Part shown: positions 1 through 12,458 of the stretch, piece after piece | How the letters are laid out: each line of letters starts with the position of its first letter | How positions within the stretch are numbered: position 1 is the stretch's first letter | Assembly (NCBI GenBank): GCA_045837725.1 | Contig: JBEWZL010000030.1 | Coordinates: forward strand, 248,001-312,000 | Direction: 5' to 3' | From: Vermamoeba vermiformis | Taxonomy: Eukaryota | DNA length: 64,000 nucleotides | Made by a program: the position numbers and the translations under genes | The notes under the pieces: generated by a model | The model's database searches: none | The model's input: the letters and a program-made list of their open reading frames with translations, nothing else | What the model was told of the DNA's origin: nothing

Positions 1-269
1 TTGTTTATTTACACGTAAAACAGGTTGCTTTCGAAGGTCGTGGCAGAGCTCACCAAGCTAATGACTTCAAAACTGCTTTGGAGCTCTGCGTACGCCCTCT
101 TCAAGCTTAGTTTTTACACATTTACATTAGATTTATAAACAAGTGTGAAAAAGAAAAGAGTTCCAAGAAAAACGAAGCCGGATCTGCTCCGAGTGAGTCA
201 CCTGACGATTGGCAATTCTTGAGGATGCAAGAAGTGACGCTCGTGGACGATTGTCACGATTGTAAGCTC

Positions 270-1295
270 TTAGTTTCTTCTGCGTCGCTTCTTGCTGTTG
301 GCCTTAATTCGTTGGATGATGTACAGGTCACGCTCCTTTCTCGGGTAGCCTTTCTGGTTGACATTAGACCAAATGTGGAAGGGATCGGAGACGAGTCGCT
401 CGACTTCTTGGCCATCGGAGATGAGAGTGTAGGTCAAGACGAATTTGAAGCCCTTTGTTCGGCCAGGTAACATTGTCTGCGAGATCTTCAAGTTCGGCAG
501 GGTTACTTCGCCCTTGTCATTGACGGAATGTTGAGGTGACACCGCAGTCATGAATATTTCGCGTTCTTCTTTGCGCAACTTTTTGTCGCAGATCAGTTTG
601 ACCAAGATGTAGTCACTACTTTTCGCGGGGTAGTGAACTCGCAGCAGGTTGATCGGCAAGATGTTAAACTCTTTAACTTGATGTCGGCCAGGTCCCACGA
701 CCATAGTCATGCGTTCTCCTTCTTTCTTGGGCAAGTAGCCTTCTTCGGGCGTGAAATCCTCTTCGATCTCCGAAGTCGATGCGCCGTCGCCTGCGTTGTG
801 AAGGTCGGGAAGCTCGTCGGCGCTTTCTTGCGATGAGGGAGAGTAGGGCTCTGAGTCGCCAGAGTAGTAATATTCTTCATCTTGGTGCGCTGGCTGTGCT
901 CGTCGACGTGTGTTCGCGTGGTGGTGCTGGTGAGTGGGATGTGGTGCTGTTTCTACGGCTGGTTTGGGTTGAACAACTGGCGGTTGCTGGGAGTGTAAAA
1001 TAGGTGGTGGTGACTTGGTGTCCATTCTGTCGCCGAGTAGTTGATTATTGAGGTTGTCAATATTATTTATTCCCGGATCTGCGATCTCGAGGATTTGGTT
1101 GGAAAACAGCGTTTGATCGCCTAAAAAATTATTGTTCAGCGACAGGTCCATGGCGTTATCGCTAGGCATGCAGGAGGCGGCCGGCAGTGGGAACTGAAAC
1201 ATACCATTCTCCCATTCGTTGTATTTGAAGCCTGGATCGCGTCTTTTCATGAGCGGACTAACCGCACCTTGCATCGGACTTTGTGCACCTTGCAT
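270..1295 (-). CDS. CudA-like (STAT-DNA-binding-domain-related) transcription factor
   Basis: Single 341-aa ORF: low-complexity N-terminus, then a beta-rich domain ending FKFVLTYTL...SDPFHIWSNVNQ (resembles the CudA/STAT DBD S-x-PF-x-x-x-SN end) and a basic NLS KKRRRRN. Confidence 0.65.
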   Translation of the reverse strand: MQGAQSPMQGAVSPLMKRRDPGFKYNEWENGMFQFPLPAASCMPSDNAMDLSLNNNFLGDQTLFSNQILEIADPGINNIDNLNNQLLGDRMDTKSPPPILHSQQPPVVQPKPAVETAPHPTHQHHHANTRRRAQPAHQDEEYYYSGDSEPYSPSSQESADELPDLHNAGDGASTSEIEEDFTPEEGYLPKKEGERMTMVVGPGRHQVKEFNILPINLLRVHYPAKSSDYILVKLICDKKLRKEEREIFMTAVSPQHSVNDKGEVTLPNLKISQTMLPGRTKGFKFVLTYTLISDGQEVERLVSDPFHIWSNVNQKGYPRKERDLYIIQRIKANSKKRRRRN

Positions 1296-2344
1296 ACTTT
1301 CAATATTGCTAAATTTCTCGGTGACGTGTTGTTGTAAACTGTTTCAAGTTGTAAATAAGCAAAATCGAGTTTGAAGGAGTTTGACTTCCGCCTAAGGAAT
1401 TTCACTGAAAAATTCCTTTTTGTTTTCTTTCAAATTTCAGAAGGAAAGTACGCCATTGGTGGACCTTCTGCAAAAAAGGTGAAAACAGACTTTTTTCTTG
1501 AAATATCCATAAGAGTTAGTGCCGTAAACTCTGATTTCAACGGTGAAAGTCCGCTGTCACCCTTCCCTGTCAATCATGAGACCGATGTGCTGTTTAATCT
1601 ACTTTGGTGCAATCTATAGGCAACCTTTTAGAACGTATAAATAAGGAAAAAGCATATAAACGTGACACGGGTTTCAAGCCGATAAATGATTTGCAATACG
1701 TACCGGGTCATCAACGAATCTCAGAGATTTTACTAAATCTCCATTCAATCGGTAAAGTTTGGAATTGAGCTGGGCACCAAATCTTTCTGATTGTTTACGG
1801 AAATATACACAAAAATTTTCGAAAATTAATAACAAATCCATCCGAGATCTCTAAAATCTTCTTTAAAACGCGAGATTAGATGCCTATTTTGTTGCAACGT
1901 ATGAAACATGCACTGTCGATTTTTGCACTATCAGTCGGGCAATTGAACGTTTTTCCTGTCGGGCATCTGTCTGGCTTTCACTTCCCCAGGTGCTTGTGAA
2001 ATCAGGCGGCTTTTTTGCTCTATTTTGTTGAGATTTGTTTGGTTGAACTCTGTTGTTCATGACTGCGGATGCTGAAAAATAAACTAAAATTGAAAACGGT
2101 AACCTATCGAGATTATCCGGAGAGATAAGCTTATCAGTTGCAACACTACCTGTGTCATGCAGTATCAACGCGATGGAGATGTTTTAGCAGCGGGGAGGTG
2201 CGCTGTTTTTTAGCCGATCGCAATCCCTAAAAATAGAATTCCAAGTTCGCCGTCCAAAAAACAAATATCGCCGTATTGTTGTTTATCCCCTCCTTGTGCT
2301 ACGCAACATCTATTCTTAGTTCTTTCATTACCCACAACAGAGCA

Positions 2345-4264
2345 ATGGATGTGCTTAAAGCGTTGAGAGCTCGCCAACCTGCCGTCGAATTCCCCAAACA
2401 AAACAAAGACGCCCCTGAAAAGCATTATGTGCTCGAAAAAGAATTAGGGTCGTACGTTGATCTTTTAACGGCTTATTTATCGTTCATTCCTGAATCTAAA
2501 AACTTGAATTTTAAGACTACAATTTTTAATTTAAATCCCTACAATATCCTATTATTGCGGCATATTTTCTATACTTATTATAAACGATCTCCGCACTACA
2601 ATTCAATTTTCACATTTTTAAATTTTACGATTAGTTAATGTTAGCTTTTAGTGGTGCTTTCTCCGTCGTGTATTTAGCCACCCACAAAGCAACTGGCAAA
2701 AAATGGGCCGTTAAAGTAGTCGATAAGAAGAGCACCTCAGCGAAGCAGATGTTGTCTGAGATTAAGGTCATGAGCATGTTAGAGCACGAAAACGTAGTTA
2801 ATTTCAATGAAATCTTTGATACCCCTCGTGCATACTACGTAGTATTGGAATAGTAAGTGATCATTAATAGTATGAATGTGTACCACTTTTGACATTCGCG
2901 TATTATTCTGCGTTGTTGAACGAAAATAGCAAGCTAACACGAGTCATGCAGCATTACAGGAGGCGAGTTGTTCGATCGCATCATTGAATTGCAACGCTAC
3001 ACAGAGCGCGAGGCTATTAAAGTCGTCAAACAGTCGTTGTTGGCTTTGGATCACTTGCACTCCAAGGGCTTCGTGCACCGCGACTTGAAGGTAGATCTGA
3101 CTGGCTTAATAATGTATTACTAGAGTTGTTAGAGACTAACGCAATTTAATAGCCCGAGAACTTGTTGTTGTCCAGCAAAGAGGCCGATGCAGTGGTCAAG
3201 TTGGCTGACTTCGGCTTTGCTGAACAATGCAGTGGACAGACCTTGAAGAGCATTCTCGGCACACCTGCTTATATGGGTACGTCCTATAGTCCCTTTTGTT
3301 GAAGTATCTAATGCGTGCATCAGCTCCTGAAATGGTTGCTCTGCGCAAGCAACGTGAAGGTGGTTATGGTCAGCCTGTGGATTGTTGGGCCATGGGTCTC
3401 ATCATTTACATTATGTATGCACAAGAGTCGATTGTGTTACGGTTTAATAACAATGACTAGGTTGTCCGGTATTCACCCGTTCCAAATCGAAGAAAATGAA
3501 GACAAGATGCTCGACAACATTGAGCGCGGTGATTGGCCGTGGTTGGGCAGCAATTGGGACCAGATCTCTGAACAAGCCAAAGATCTCGTTGCCAAGTTGA
3601 TGCATCCTGACCCCAACCAGCGCTTGACCATTAAACAGGCGTTGAATCACCCGTGGATTGAAGATCACGGTGACAGACCTGACTTCGACATCACCGTTGT
3701 GCGCGATGAGCTCAAGAAGTTCCAAGCGCGCAAGAGATTCCGCGGTGCTATTTTCGCCGTCGCTGCTTCGAACAGATTGCGATTGGCAGCATTGGCACTT
3801 AAGGGCAGCCAATCACGTGACAGCATGGAGTCCCAATCAGATGACGCTCCACATGATGATGACGAAGATAACCATCACGCGGATGTGCCTGCTGAGGAAG
3901 AGCATCACGTGCACGCAACACAATCAGAGCCGCACTCTGAGACACAACACACGCACAGCACACCGTCACACACCGCACAAGAGACACGTGCCACTCACAC
4001 TGTTTCAGCCCCTGCCAGCACAACAGCATCGTACCCGTACGAGCAGCTCAAGACCGGTGCTAACTGGCCCTCCGACATTGATCCGCAGAACAGAGAGGTG
4101 AGTCATACTAACAATTAGTGAAGCCCTTGCAGTACTAACCGGTGCTTTAGAAATACTTGGCCGACGGTGAATTCAAGACTGTGTTTGGTGTGACGCGAGA
4201 AGAGTTCCAAAAATTGCCATTGTGGAAGCAATCGAGCATGAAGAAGGATAAGAAATTGTTCTAG
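2345..4264 (+). CDS. CAMK-group Ser/Thr kinase (CaMK1/MLCK-like) with a C-terminal villin headpiece; multi-exon
   Basis: Spliced exons give [48 protein letters not shown]; CaM-binding-like helix [17 protein letters not shown]; last exon 4151-4264 [37 protein letters not shown]. Confidence 0.9.
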
Positions 4265-4881
4265 AAGAACGATTTGTTCAGATGCAGATCTGTATTTGTT
4301 AAATAGTGATACCATAAAGCATGTAGTGCATGATCGACGGTAGGTTTTTCGTATTCTTGTTGGTGACTTCACCTGGGTGTCAATTTGAATTCCCGCGCAA
4401 TCGGCAATTGGACGATTCAATTCTATTTTGATAACAACAACAGCATTTTTATAGAGCACGCAGCACATAATGTTCTCAAAACAAAAATCCAAGTTTAAAT
4501 CGCCATATACTCATTATTTTATGGACAAAGAGGCTCAAGGTAAAGAATAACAAATTAAAAATTATTTTCAAATTGTCAGAACAATTACTTGTTATTGAAT
4601 AACAATAACGTTAAAAAATATCAGTATATTTATTAATTATTTTGGTGCATTAGTTGTGCTGGGCAAGAAGCAACTAGCACCACACGCGATCTACCACCGA
4701 CAAAATCGAACCCCTTATTCTTCAGTACAAGTCAACTACGACACTAATCAACGAACTATTTCAGTACTCACAAAGTACGTTCGCTGCAATATTTATATTT
4801 AAGTTTGAGCTTAACTTTGTTTGCAGTGTCTTATTCAGTGTACAGCACGTGTTGTCGCCTCATTTGCGCGTATTATTCCAC

Positions 4882-5859
4882 ATGGGCGACACGGTGAGTA
4901 TTTAATATATATACTATTACATCGCCATTGACAACTGACACTCCGCTAGGTGCGCAATGGTCGCATCGAAGGTCAGATCTGGAACACTGCAGTCCTCAAT
5001 GCTATCCACTCGTACGTACCACACTAGTACCTCACACTATATCTATGTGCGAGTACTTGGCACTGACAGTCAATGCAGGAGTGATCCATCAGACGCAGAC
5101 TCAGTGCTGTTGACGTCAGGTCCGCGCTATCCCACTGCCTCCACTGTCTCGCTCTCCCTCAACAACGTTGCACTCAGCCACATGAAACAACTGCCGTAAG
5201 TATTAGCAGTTAAAATACTATTGTTCAAGCTATAATTTGACGTTGTTTGTAGCACCGTCAACCCAACGTGGGTCAGTGGTCACGTGTTGTGTCGCTTTGC
5301 CAATGAACAGCTCAAATTGTCGCAGCTCGAAGTGAGTGTGCGAGTGCAGCCCGAGCACGTGCAGGCCATCAACAATGGCGTGGCAGTGTTCAAATTCTTC
5401 ACCAAGTACTTTGACCAATCACGGCCCAATGCCAAAAAAGGAGTGGTGTCTGCTTCGTACGTGCACCGCATCAACTCGAGCTGGTATGTCATGTGGCACT
5501 TACTAAATATGGTAACGAGCTGACAATGCTTGTCCAGGTTCCTAGGAGGCGGTGTCAAGTTCAATGTGGGTGACGGCTATCATCGCGGCTACAGACTGCG
5601 CACAGGTGAGCGCGACATCAATTGGGGCGGCGTGTTGAGTGTGCCGCGACTCAAGCTCGGTGTGTTGTACCAGCACGATCCACTCGATGCGACCGTCAGA
5701 CTGCGTGCTCGACTACGCAATGCTGACAATGTCGAAGTGACGGGACAAGTGGAGAAGAATTTCAGTGAATATGGATTGAGTCCCTACGTGCATGCCAAAT
5801 ATAGCAGTATTTCCGGTGAGGTCAAAGTTGGACTTGGTGTCAATTTCTCAGGCGTGTAA
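4882..5859 (+). CDS. Divergent mitochondrial outer-membrane beta-barrel (Porin_3 superfamily: VDAC/Tom40/Mdm10-like); multi-exon
   Basis: Exons bounded by GT..AG encode alternating amphipathic beta-strands; the C-terminus KVGLGVNF fits the beta-signal polar-x-G-x-x-hydrophobic-x-hydrophobic. Confidence 0.55.
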
Positions 5860-6008
5860 ATTCAGTAATTAAATAGTATTAATATATGCAGTATATGCCA
5901 TACATGAAATCAACGGATGTTTTGTCGGTTGAAAGTCACGTGCTCGGTTTTTGGAGTGGATCTGCGCAAAGTTTTATTTTTCATCGTCAATTCAAACAGT
6001 GGACAATA

Positions 6009-6434
6009 ATGCAGTCATTAGTCAACAGATCAATTAGATCAATAATTAAAAGATCACAGACCCCTAGTCGCTTGACAACAAGCACTAGATCTGCTTCTTT
6101 ATTCGCGATCAGCCAACAACGAAGGATGCGACACTCACACTCACATTCACACGAAATGGTACCTGTAATGGGTCCTCGACAGACTATGGATGATAACAGA
6201 TTTTACGATCCTCATCTTATGAACGCTGAGCAACAAGCCCTCATTTGGGATTTGTTGAACTCAGGCGAGATTGAGGGCGGCTGGCCAGAAGAGGCTGAAG
6301 AAGGACACTCACATGTGCATCCTATGTATGACGAAAACTATAACCCAGAAACTGGTGAATATAATGGCCCAAAAGGCCCTGAGCCAACAAGGTACGGAGA
6401 TTGGGAACGAAAAGGTCGCGTCTCTGACTTTTAA
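6009..6434 (+). CDS. SDHAF4: Succinate dehydrogenase assembly factor 4 (DUF1674)
   Basis: C-terminal GPKGPEPTRYGDWERKGRVSDF signature; Arg/Ser-rich, acid-free N-terminal mitochondrial presequence from ATG 6009. Confidence 0.93.
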   Translation: MQSLVNRSIRSIIKRSQTPSRLTTSTRSASLFAISQQRRMRHSHSHSHEMVPVMGPRQTMDDNRFYDPHLMNAEQQALIWDLLNSGEIEGGWPEEAEEGHSHVHPMYDENYNPETGEYNGPKGPEPTRYGDWERKGRVSDF

Positions 6435-6628
6435 TCGCCTCTAATCTCACAACCAACAATTTTGCAATGTCGTTTAATAATTATCCTCTATTTTGCGCTA
6501 ATAAATCATGTAAATGTAATTTATTATGAATTAATTTCAATTTTTGTATCGTGATCCAGTTTCAGATCGTTTTTTACAGAAACAAAAAAGCATGTATATT
6601 AGCTAGTATATGATACAAGTTTATTATT

Positions 6629-7637
6629 TTATTTATCTTCATCTGCTTCCATGACAAGCAGTGCTGCAGCGACAGATCGCTCCTCTTGATTCAGAAAATT
6701 GAATGTGGCAAGGGCTGTGGGCTAAATTTAAATTATAATTAGATCTAATGCGCATATAGAAATGATAAACATTAAATTCGAGCAGAAAAACATTGGATCT
6801 AGATCAAGATCGGGGAACCGAGTAAAATTACGGTAATCGCTATGCTTACAGTATTCATAATCTCCACGGCAATGCCAAGCTTTTTGAAGTGTTCCATGAA
6901 GGTAGGAGGCAGTGGCTTAATCATCGGACCAACTCCGAGCACCAGCAGCTCTACGCGCAACGTCAGTATTAGTACGACCAGATATTGTTCATATCAACTC
7001 ATTGCATTATGAGTAACTAGTAGGCGAGGTCTACATACCAGGTGTAGGGTGGTGGAGTTGAATAGGCACGAGGGACTGTGGCGTGATCTGCTCAAAGTGC
7101 GTGACATTCCACGAGAAAAATGCATCGCGAAACAAGAGCACAGAGCCGAGCATGTCCTCGCCATTGATTCTAAAGCCGCGCGGACCATAGCCATTGACTT
7201 GTATAAGAGGTTTGTCGAGCTGTGAGCCCAAATCAAAGTCGTCTACCGCACCTCGCGAGATATTCGGCTTCGGCGCGTCGAATTTGAAATTGGGATCTAG
7301 CCATAATAATTTATTAGCAATAGGGTAAGAGAGTAACTACATATTTACGCATTTTCCGTCTAAAATGGTTAAAGTATTGCTACAGAAAGTATTTTCGTAA
7401 ATTGCTGAATTCATTAGACATGACTGTACCTCTTTCGCGCGGATCTATGGGCCAGCTATTTTCTGTATCATTTCTAATATTTTTCTCGTCATTTTTGCAA
7501 TATTTTGATGTGTGATAAGCAGATCTATTATTTTTGTTATCTCTGCTGAACAAGGACGCTGTTGCCGACTTCGAACTACTCTTCAAAAGTCCAGTGCGTG
7601 ATTTGATACACCGGAGATTACGAAAGATATTTAACAT
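6629..7637 (-). CDS. NDUFAF3: Complex I assembly factor NDUFAF3 (Mth938 domain); multi-exon
   Basis: VNGYGPRGFRING...GSVLLF...SWNV; ELLVLGVG; LGIAVEIMNT; ALATFNFLNQEERSVAAALL; N-terminal presequence MLNIFRNLR. Confidence 0.9.
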
Positions 7638-7885
7638 CACCGTGTGTTGCTATCGCTAAATTTGTCTGTTTGAAAATGCTCAATTCGGTCTAAGCTTCTT
7701 TTATTGTTCACACTACGACTATCATACAACAAGAAACAATAACGGCAACAAGCACGATAAGTATTAAACATAAGAATGTTGATCGACCTCTTTGGTTTTG
7801 AGGGTGCAGCGAAATAACTGAGCTAAATGTCACTGACAATACAACAGTTCTATCACGGGGAATAAATGACCTTTGAATAGACTGT

Positions 7886-9037
7886 TTATACTTGCGGAGT
7901 ATACCGTGCTCGCATTCGCAGAGGTGAATCACCAACATGCGTGGCATCAATGTCCAATGTGACAGTATTAGTTTGGTGCTCGAGATCGAGTCGTGTGACC
8001 CACTCTTGGTTTGCAAAATAGGCGCCTTTGATGGCATCAATCGTGAACCCACCGCTGGTGTGAGGAGGGGCTCGAAATGACGCCTTGCACACGAAACAAA
8101 GTTCTATTTTGGTGTCAACGACTTGCCAGAAGTGACGTCCGTAGTGCAGCACGAGATATTTCTTGGACTCGCGCAAATTGTTTTGATTGTCGTAGTACTC
8201 CACTGTTATATTAACGAGTTGGATCGTTGTGGCGAATGTGACAGTTTGACGGCTCGGAACAACTTCGTGCCACAGAGAGGGCCATTCGTCTTTGATTCCA
8301 TAAATCGGGGACCCAAAATCCTTGCCGACACCACTGATCACACTGATTGCTTCACCTGCTAGATAGTTGTGCTCCTGAATTTAACGATGTATTATTAGCC
8401 CTGGCAAGTAGCGCTCGACAACAAAAACAAATCACCTTCGCTGATTTCAGTCCGTGACCGCAGAACAAATACAATGTATGAATATCACTCAGATTTTCAA
8501 TAGTGCACTCGAGCGACAATGGGATCGAAGACAACGTGCTACTTTGACATGCAGTGCGAGCAACGAATCGCTTCCTGAGCGAAGATGAGTTCAGACCTAT
8601 CTCTAGAATCGAGGTACTTACCTAAAGATTGTTTTGACTAGAGAACGGATCTGAAATTACCGATCAACCATTAGGCCACGACAAAATGAGTTAAAATACC
8701 GAAATCAAATACCATGATTAAATCTCCGGTTTGCGTTGCACCAGTTAATCTCCTATTAATGACAGATATTGGAAATAAGAAATTACCAAAATTCAACAAA
8801 GCAAACTTACTTCAACCACTCATCCCATAAGAACTTACTATCACACATGGCGCTTTTCCATGCATTGCACGTTATTAAGGTGTTGAAGATATCGTTTTTG
8901 TCTTGGATGTTGACGAAAATATGTTCCAGTATTTCTTGCGGTAAGACAGGCTGCGCCGATTCTTGATTCAGATTTGGAGAGTCAATATTGGTGTGTCGCC
9001 TCTTTTGGTGAGGGTGTTGTAGAGGCTTGTTGCCCAT
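7886..9037 (-). CDS. F-box protein; multi-exon
   Basis: First exon LPQEILEHIFVNIQDKNDIFNTLITCNAWKSAM is an F-box; further GT-AG-bounded exons can be joined to the 7886-8341 ORF. Confidence 0.7.
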
Positions 9038-9177
9038 TCTGCGCGAAAATTAGTTTGACATGTATTTTGGTGCTTCAGGGTACTTTGCGAGACACGTGGC
9101 ATTTTCACAGAATTCCAGTTGTGATAAAATACAGCGAGGTTTATGTACAAATGTGTCTTACTACAATAATAAACTAT

Positions 9178-10611
9178 TTACAAGATGTTCCACACAGGTT
9201 GAGCGCGTTTGTTCGGGTCACTTTCAGCACCCAAAATGTCGATGATTTGTTCGCGCACATCGTTCATGGAGCTGTTCGAGTATCTACCGCCCGAGAACAC
9301 CTTGTCCTTGGCACGCTGCTCGGTGTACTGCGGGAAGATAGGGCCGTAGACTAACCAGAACTCAGTCCACCAAGGCGGCACGATGTAATTGTTCGTAGTT
9401 CTGCTGGGCAAGTTGGGCTCGGTGGGTCTGTTGGTCGTGCCGGCCACAACGAGCGAGCCAATGAAATCTGCGTTCTTTCGAGCTCCTTGGATCTGCTCGG
9501 AGATTTGTTTGATGTTTTGTTCGTTTACCACACCGTTGTCAGTGGCCTTGTAGAACTGCATTGTGACGCGAACTGGATAGTTCTCATCGCGTTCAATTTC
9601 CAAGTTGTTGACTTCATTGAACTCTCCTTCGCTCTCACCAATGCTGATGATTGCGTCTTCAACATTGGACTCTTTTTTCTCCTTTCGCCTTGCAGAGGAG
9701 GAGGGTGCACTGGCAAGGGACATCTTCTTGAGCTTGACTGAATTTTCGGCTTCAAACACTCTTGCCTTTTGTTTGAGCGGCACTTGAATGATGAGCAACA
9801 TGTTCTGTTGCTTTTCTTCTTGTGACATGGGGGCTGACAAGTCTTCAGTCTGGCCCTGTTCGATGCGGTAGTCGCTCAATCGCTGACCCACGAACGAGCA
9901 TCTTTCACCGTTGTTGTTGAAGAACAGTTTGCCGCTGTTTTGACCCAAGACTTGTGCTGAAGTGCCTTTGCTCGACGCGACAATAGCCAACACAGCTGGA
10001 TTGGCAGCTGAAGTTTGGTAGTTGTAAATAGCCACGTTGAACTTGGCGTCTTCGGAGGATGGGATCGGCAAGAAGCAAGCTTGTGCCGAGGTCACCACGT
10101 GTGTGTCGCGAGGAGCAAGCAATGAGACTCTGTTGCCCTTCCAGCTGTTCGGCTTGTGCAAGTAGTTTCTGAAGTTGGCCAAATACTCCTTCAATGTCAC
10201 CACGTGCAAGTTAGAGCCTTTCTCGTTGCCGACGACGAGAGGAATCTTCTCAATAGGGATGTCCCAAGTCAAGTCTGTGTAGTTTGGTGATCGAATGACT
10301 GGCAAGGCGCGGGAGTTGACTTGTAAAGTCACTAATTGAGAAGTAAACGTTAGAAATTTAAATTCGATTGAAAATTGATTGATTAATTTTCAATACTTAC
10401 TATCTGAAATGCAAGGACCCCAAGAACTATTCTTAGATCGAGCATTATCTTCCCAAGATACGGTCTGTACGTTTAAGCCGTATTTTCCAGCTAATTTTTT
10501 GGCCTCTTGATCGCTGACCATCGAACAAACTTTGTTCAATACAGCGTTTGAAGTGTTATTTTGATGTAACATGTTGTTGATTGTTGTATTCCTTTGAATG
10601 AATGAGGCCAT
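9178..10611 (-). CDS. Uncharacterised protein, 2 exons (about 450 aa)
   Basis: Exon 1 ...VSWEDNARSKNSSWGPCISD joins exon 2 across a phase-1 intron (A|TG) to give MTLQVNSR...; long open frame. Confidence 0.8.
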
Positions 10612-10952
10612 CGCTGGACGTGGATTCCATAAATATTTTCCGTCCTTTGACTGTTGTTTGACCAGCTCACAAAAAATTCAAAGAAGACAATCGATTATTG
10701 TAGGTAATTCAATCATCGCTAGGAACACATCAGAAAAAGAGCGTAATGTCACGTCAGTCTTACGTCGGCGTCTTCATTCAAGTCCCTTACATACGTAGGG
10801 CGCAGAAGACCGAACGGATCTGATCGTTAGGCCTCGCTGGACCTAGAACCATAAAAATAATTAAATACAGTGCGAAATATTAATGCAAATATTTCTTACA
10901 TGGTATCGAAATTATCAGCTGTGGATGCGTACTCGTTGCTAGATTTCCAGAT

Positions 10953-12216
10953 TTACTCGTCTTCCTTTGATTTGGACTGCGACTCTTCTTCTCTGACCAT
11001 CGCTGCATAGTCGGTTTGTGAAAGCTGTAGCAGGTTAGTACACTAAAATATGTCTTTCAAGACCAGTCACGACGTGCCTGGTACGCGAGCAGTGTAGGCA
11101 ACTCATCGCGCTCACAACTCTCTTGCGGCTCACTAGTCTCGCTCAAATAGTTCTCAATCTGCTGCAGCTTCTTCTTGACGTCCATTGATCGGCCAGGCTG
11201 CGATGAGATGTGCTCGGGCTGCGATGACTTCTCTTCCAGCCGTTCAAAGTTGAACTTGCTCAGGTCCACATCAATGGCACACTCTTTGCTGCCAATGAGT
11301 TGTCGTGTCTCGGGCTCTGAGTCCAATGCGAACAAGTCAACATCGCGCGCTAGTTCGTCATTGACAGGTCTCACTGCCATCAACACGTCACTCCAGTCCC
11401 CGTCAGCTGTTGGTGGTTCTTCGTCCACACGTGCTCGCTTTGAAGGACTTTCTTCGTTCTAATTATCATCAGTACCGCCTCCATTACTATCGCGCACGTA
11501 CCTCCTCGCTGTCTTCAAAGGCAAACACACGTGCTCCTTGATAGCGCGGTGCTTTGACACCTGTCTTCACCTTCACTTTCACATCCTCTGGGCTGTGCTC
11601 CGCCAGTGCTGTTCGTTTCCTCTTCTTGTTGACTTGCTTCAAGCACTCGCTGCACTCGTAAAATTGACACTGTTCTCATCGACCGTGTTGCTCGGTGCTT
11701 TGTGTTTGGGCTTTGGAGTGGGCACAACACTGCTCGATGAACTCTCTTCGATTAACTTGAGTAATTGGTGAAGAGTATTGTATTTACTCTATGTAAATTG
11801 TGAGTACCGTGAGAATAAGTTAATGAGCAACGCACCTCTATCAAGATCTGTTTGCTTTGCAACAGAATTTTCAGTCGTAGATCCGTATCTTCGTCGCTTA
11901 CAGGATCACTTTGCAATGAATGCACGATATTTTCGATAAACGCTTTAACTGTGTCGCACTGCTGCGTTTGGAGCGTCTGTCACAGAGCAAGAAATTCTCA
12001 GAACAAATTTAAAATAATATTGGTGATTTTATTTACCTTCAATACCTCGCTCCCTTTGTATTCTTGCAATGTCTAAATCGAATAATAATTTTTAGAATTA
12101 AAAATTGAAGTTCATGCCACGATCGAATAAATAATAATTACCTCAGTGGCCGTGGCGCGCAATTGAGCAACGAGTGCTGCTTGAACAGGTCCTTCTAACG
12201 AATATTCTTGAGACAT
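10953..12216 (-). CDS. Hypothetical protein, multi-exon, with an apparent frame discontinuity near 11640
   Basis: ATG 12216 MSQEYSLEG..., successive phase-0 GT-AG introns, NLS-like KKRKR, final exon ...KSKEDE*. Confidence 0.5.
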
Positions 12217-12300
12217 GCTTTATATTACTGCAGCGCTCGTGGTCGTCTGGACACAAGAACTTGAAAATATTTGACAGATCCGAACATAAATAAAGGGGGG

Positions 12301-12330
12301 TTTTTTTGTTTTTTTTTTTTTTTTTTTTTT
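12301..12330. repeat. Poly(dT) tract, with one G interruption
   Basis: About 30-nt T run between the NHP2 3' end and the start of the next gene. Confidence 0.9.
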
Positions 12331-12458
12331 GCTGTCTGCCCTCAGGGGATTTGCAAATGGCGCCGTTGAATGCGAGTGTCATAGTATTAGTGCAAACGGA
12401 TTTCAATATCAAATACGCTATTTATTATTTTTGATTACATTATTATTCTGTTAAGATC

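Noticed and set aside
12301-12380. Poly(T) tract as the tail of a retroposon
   Set aside because: No target-site duplication, no second copy of the flanking sequence and no reverse transcriptase in the window
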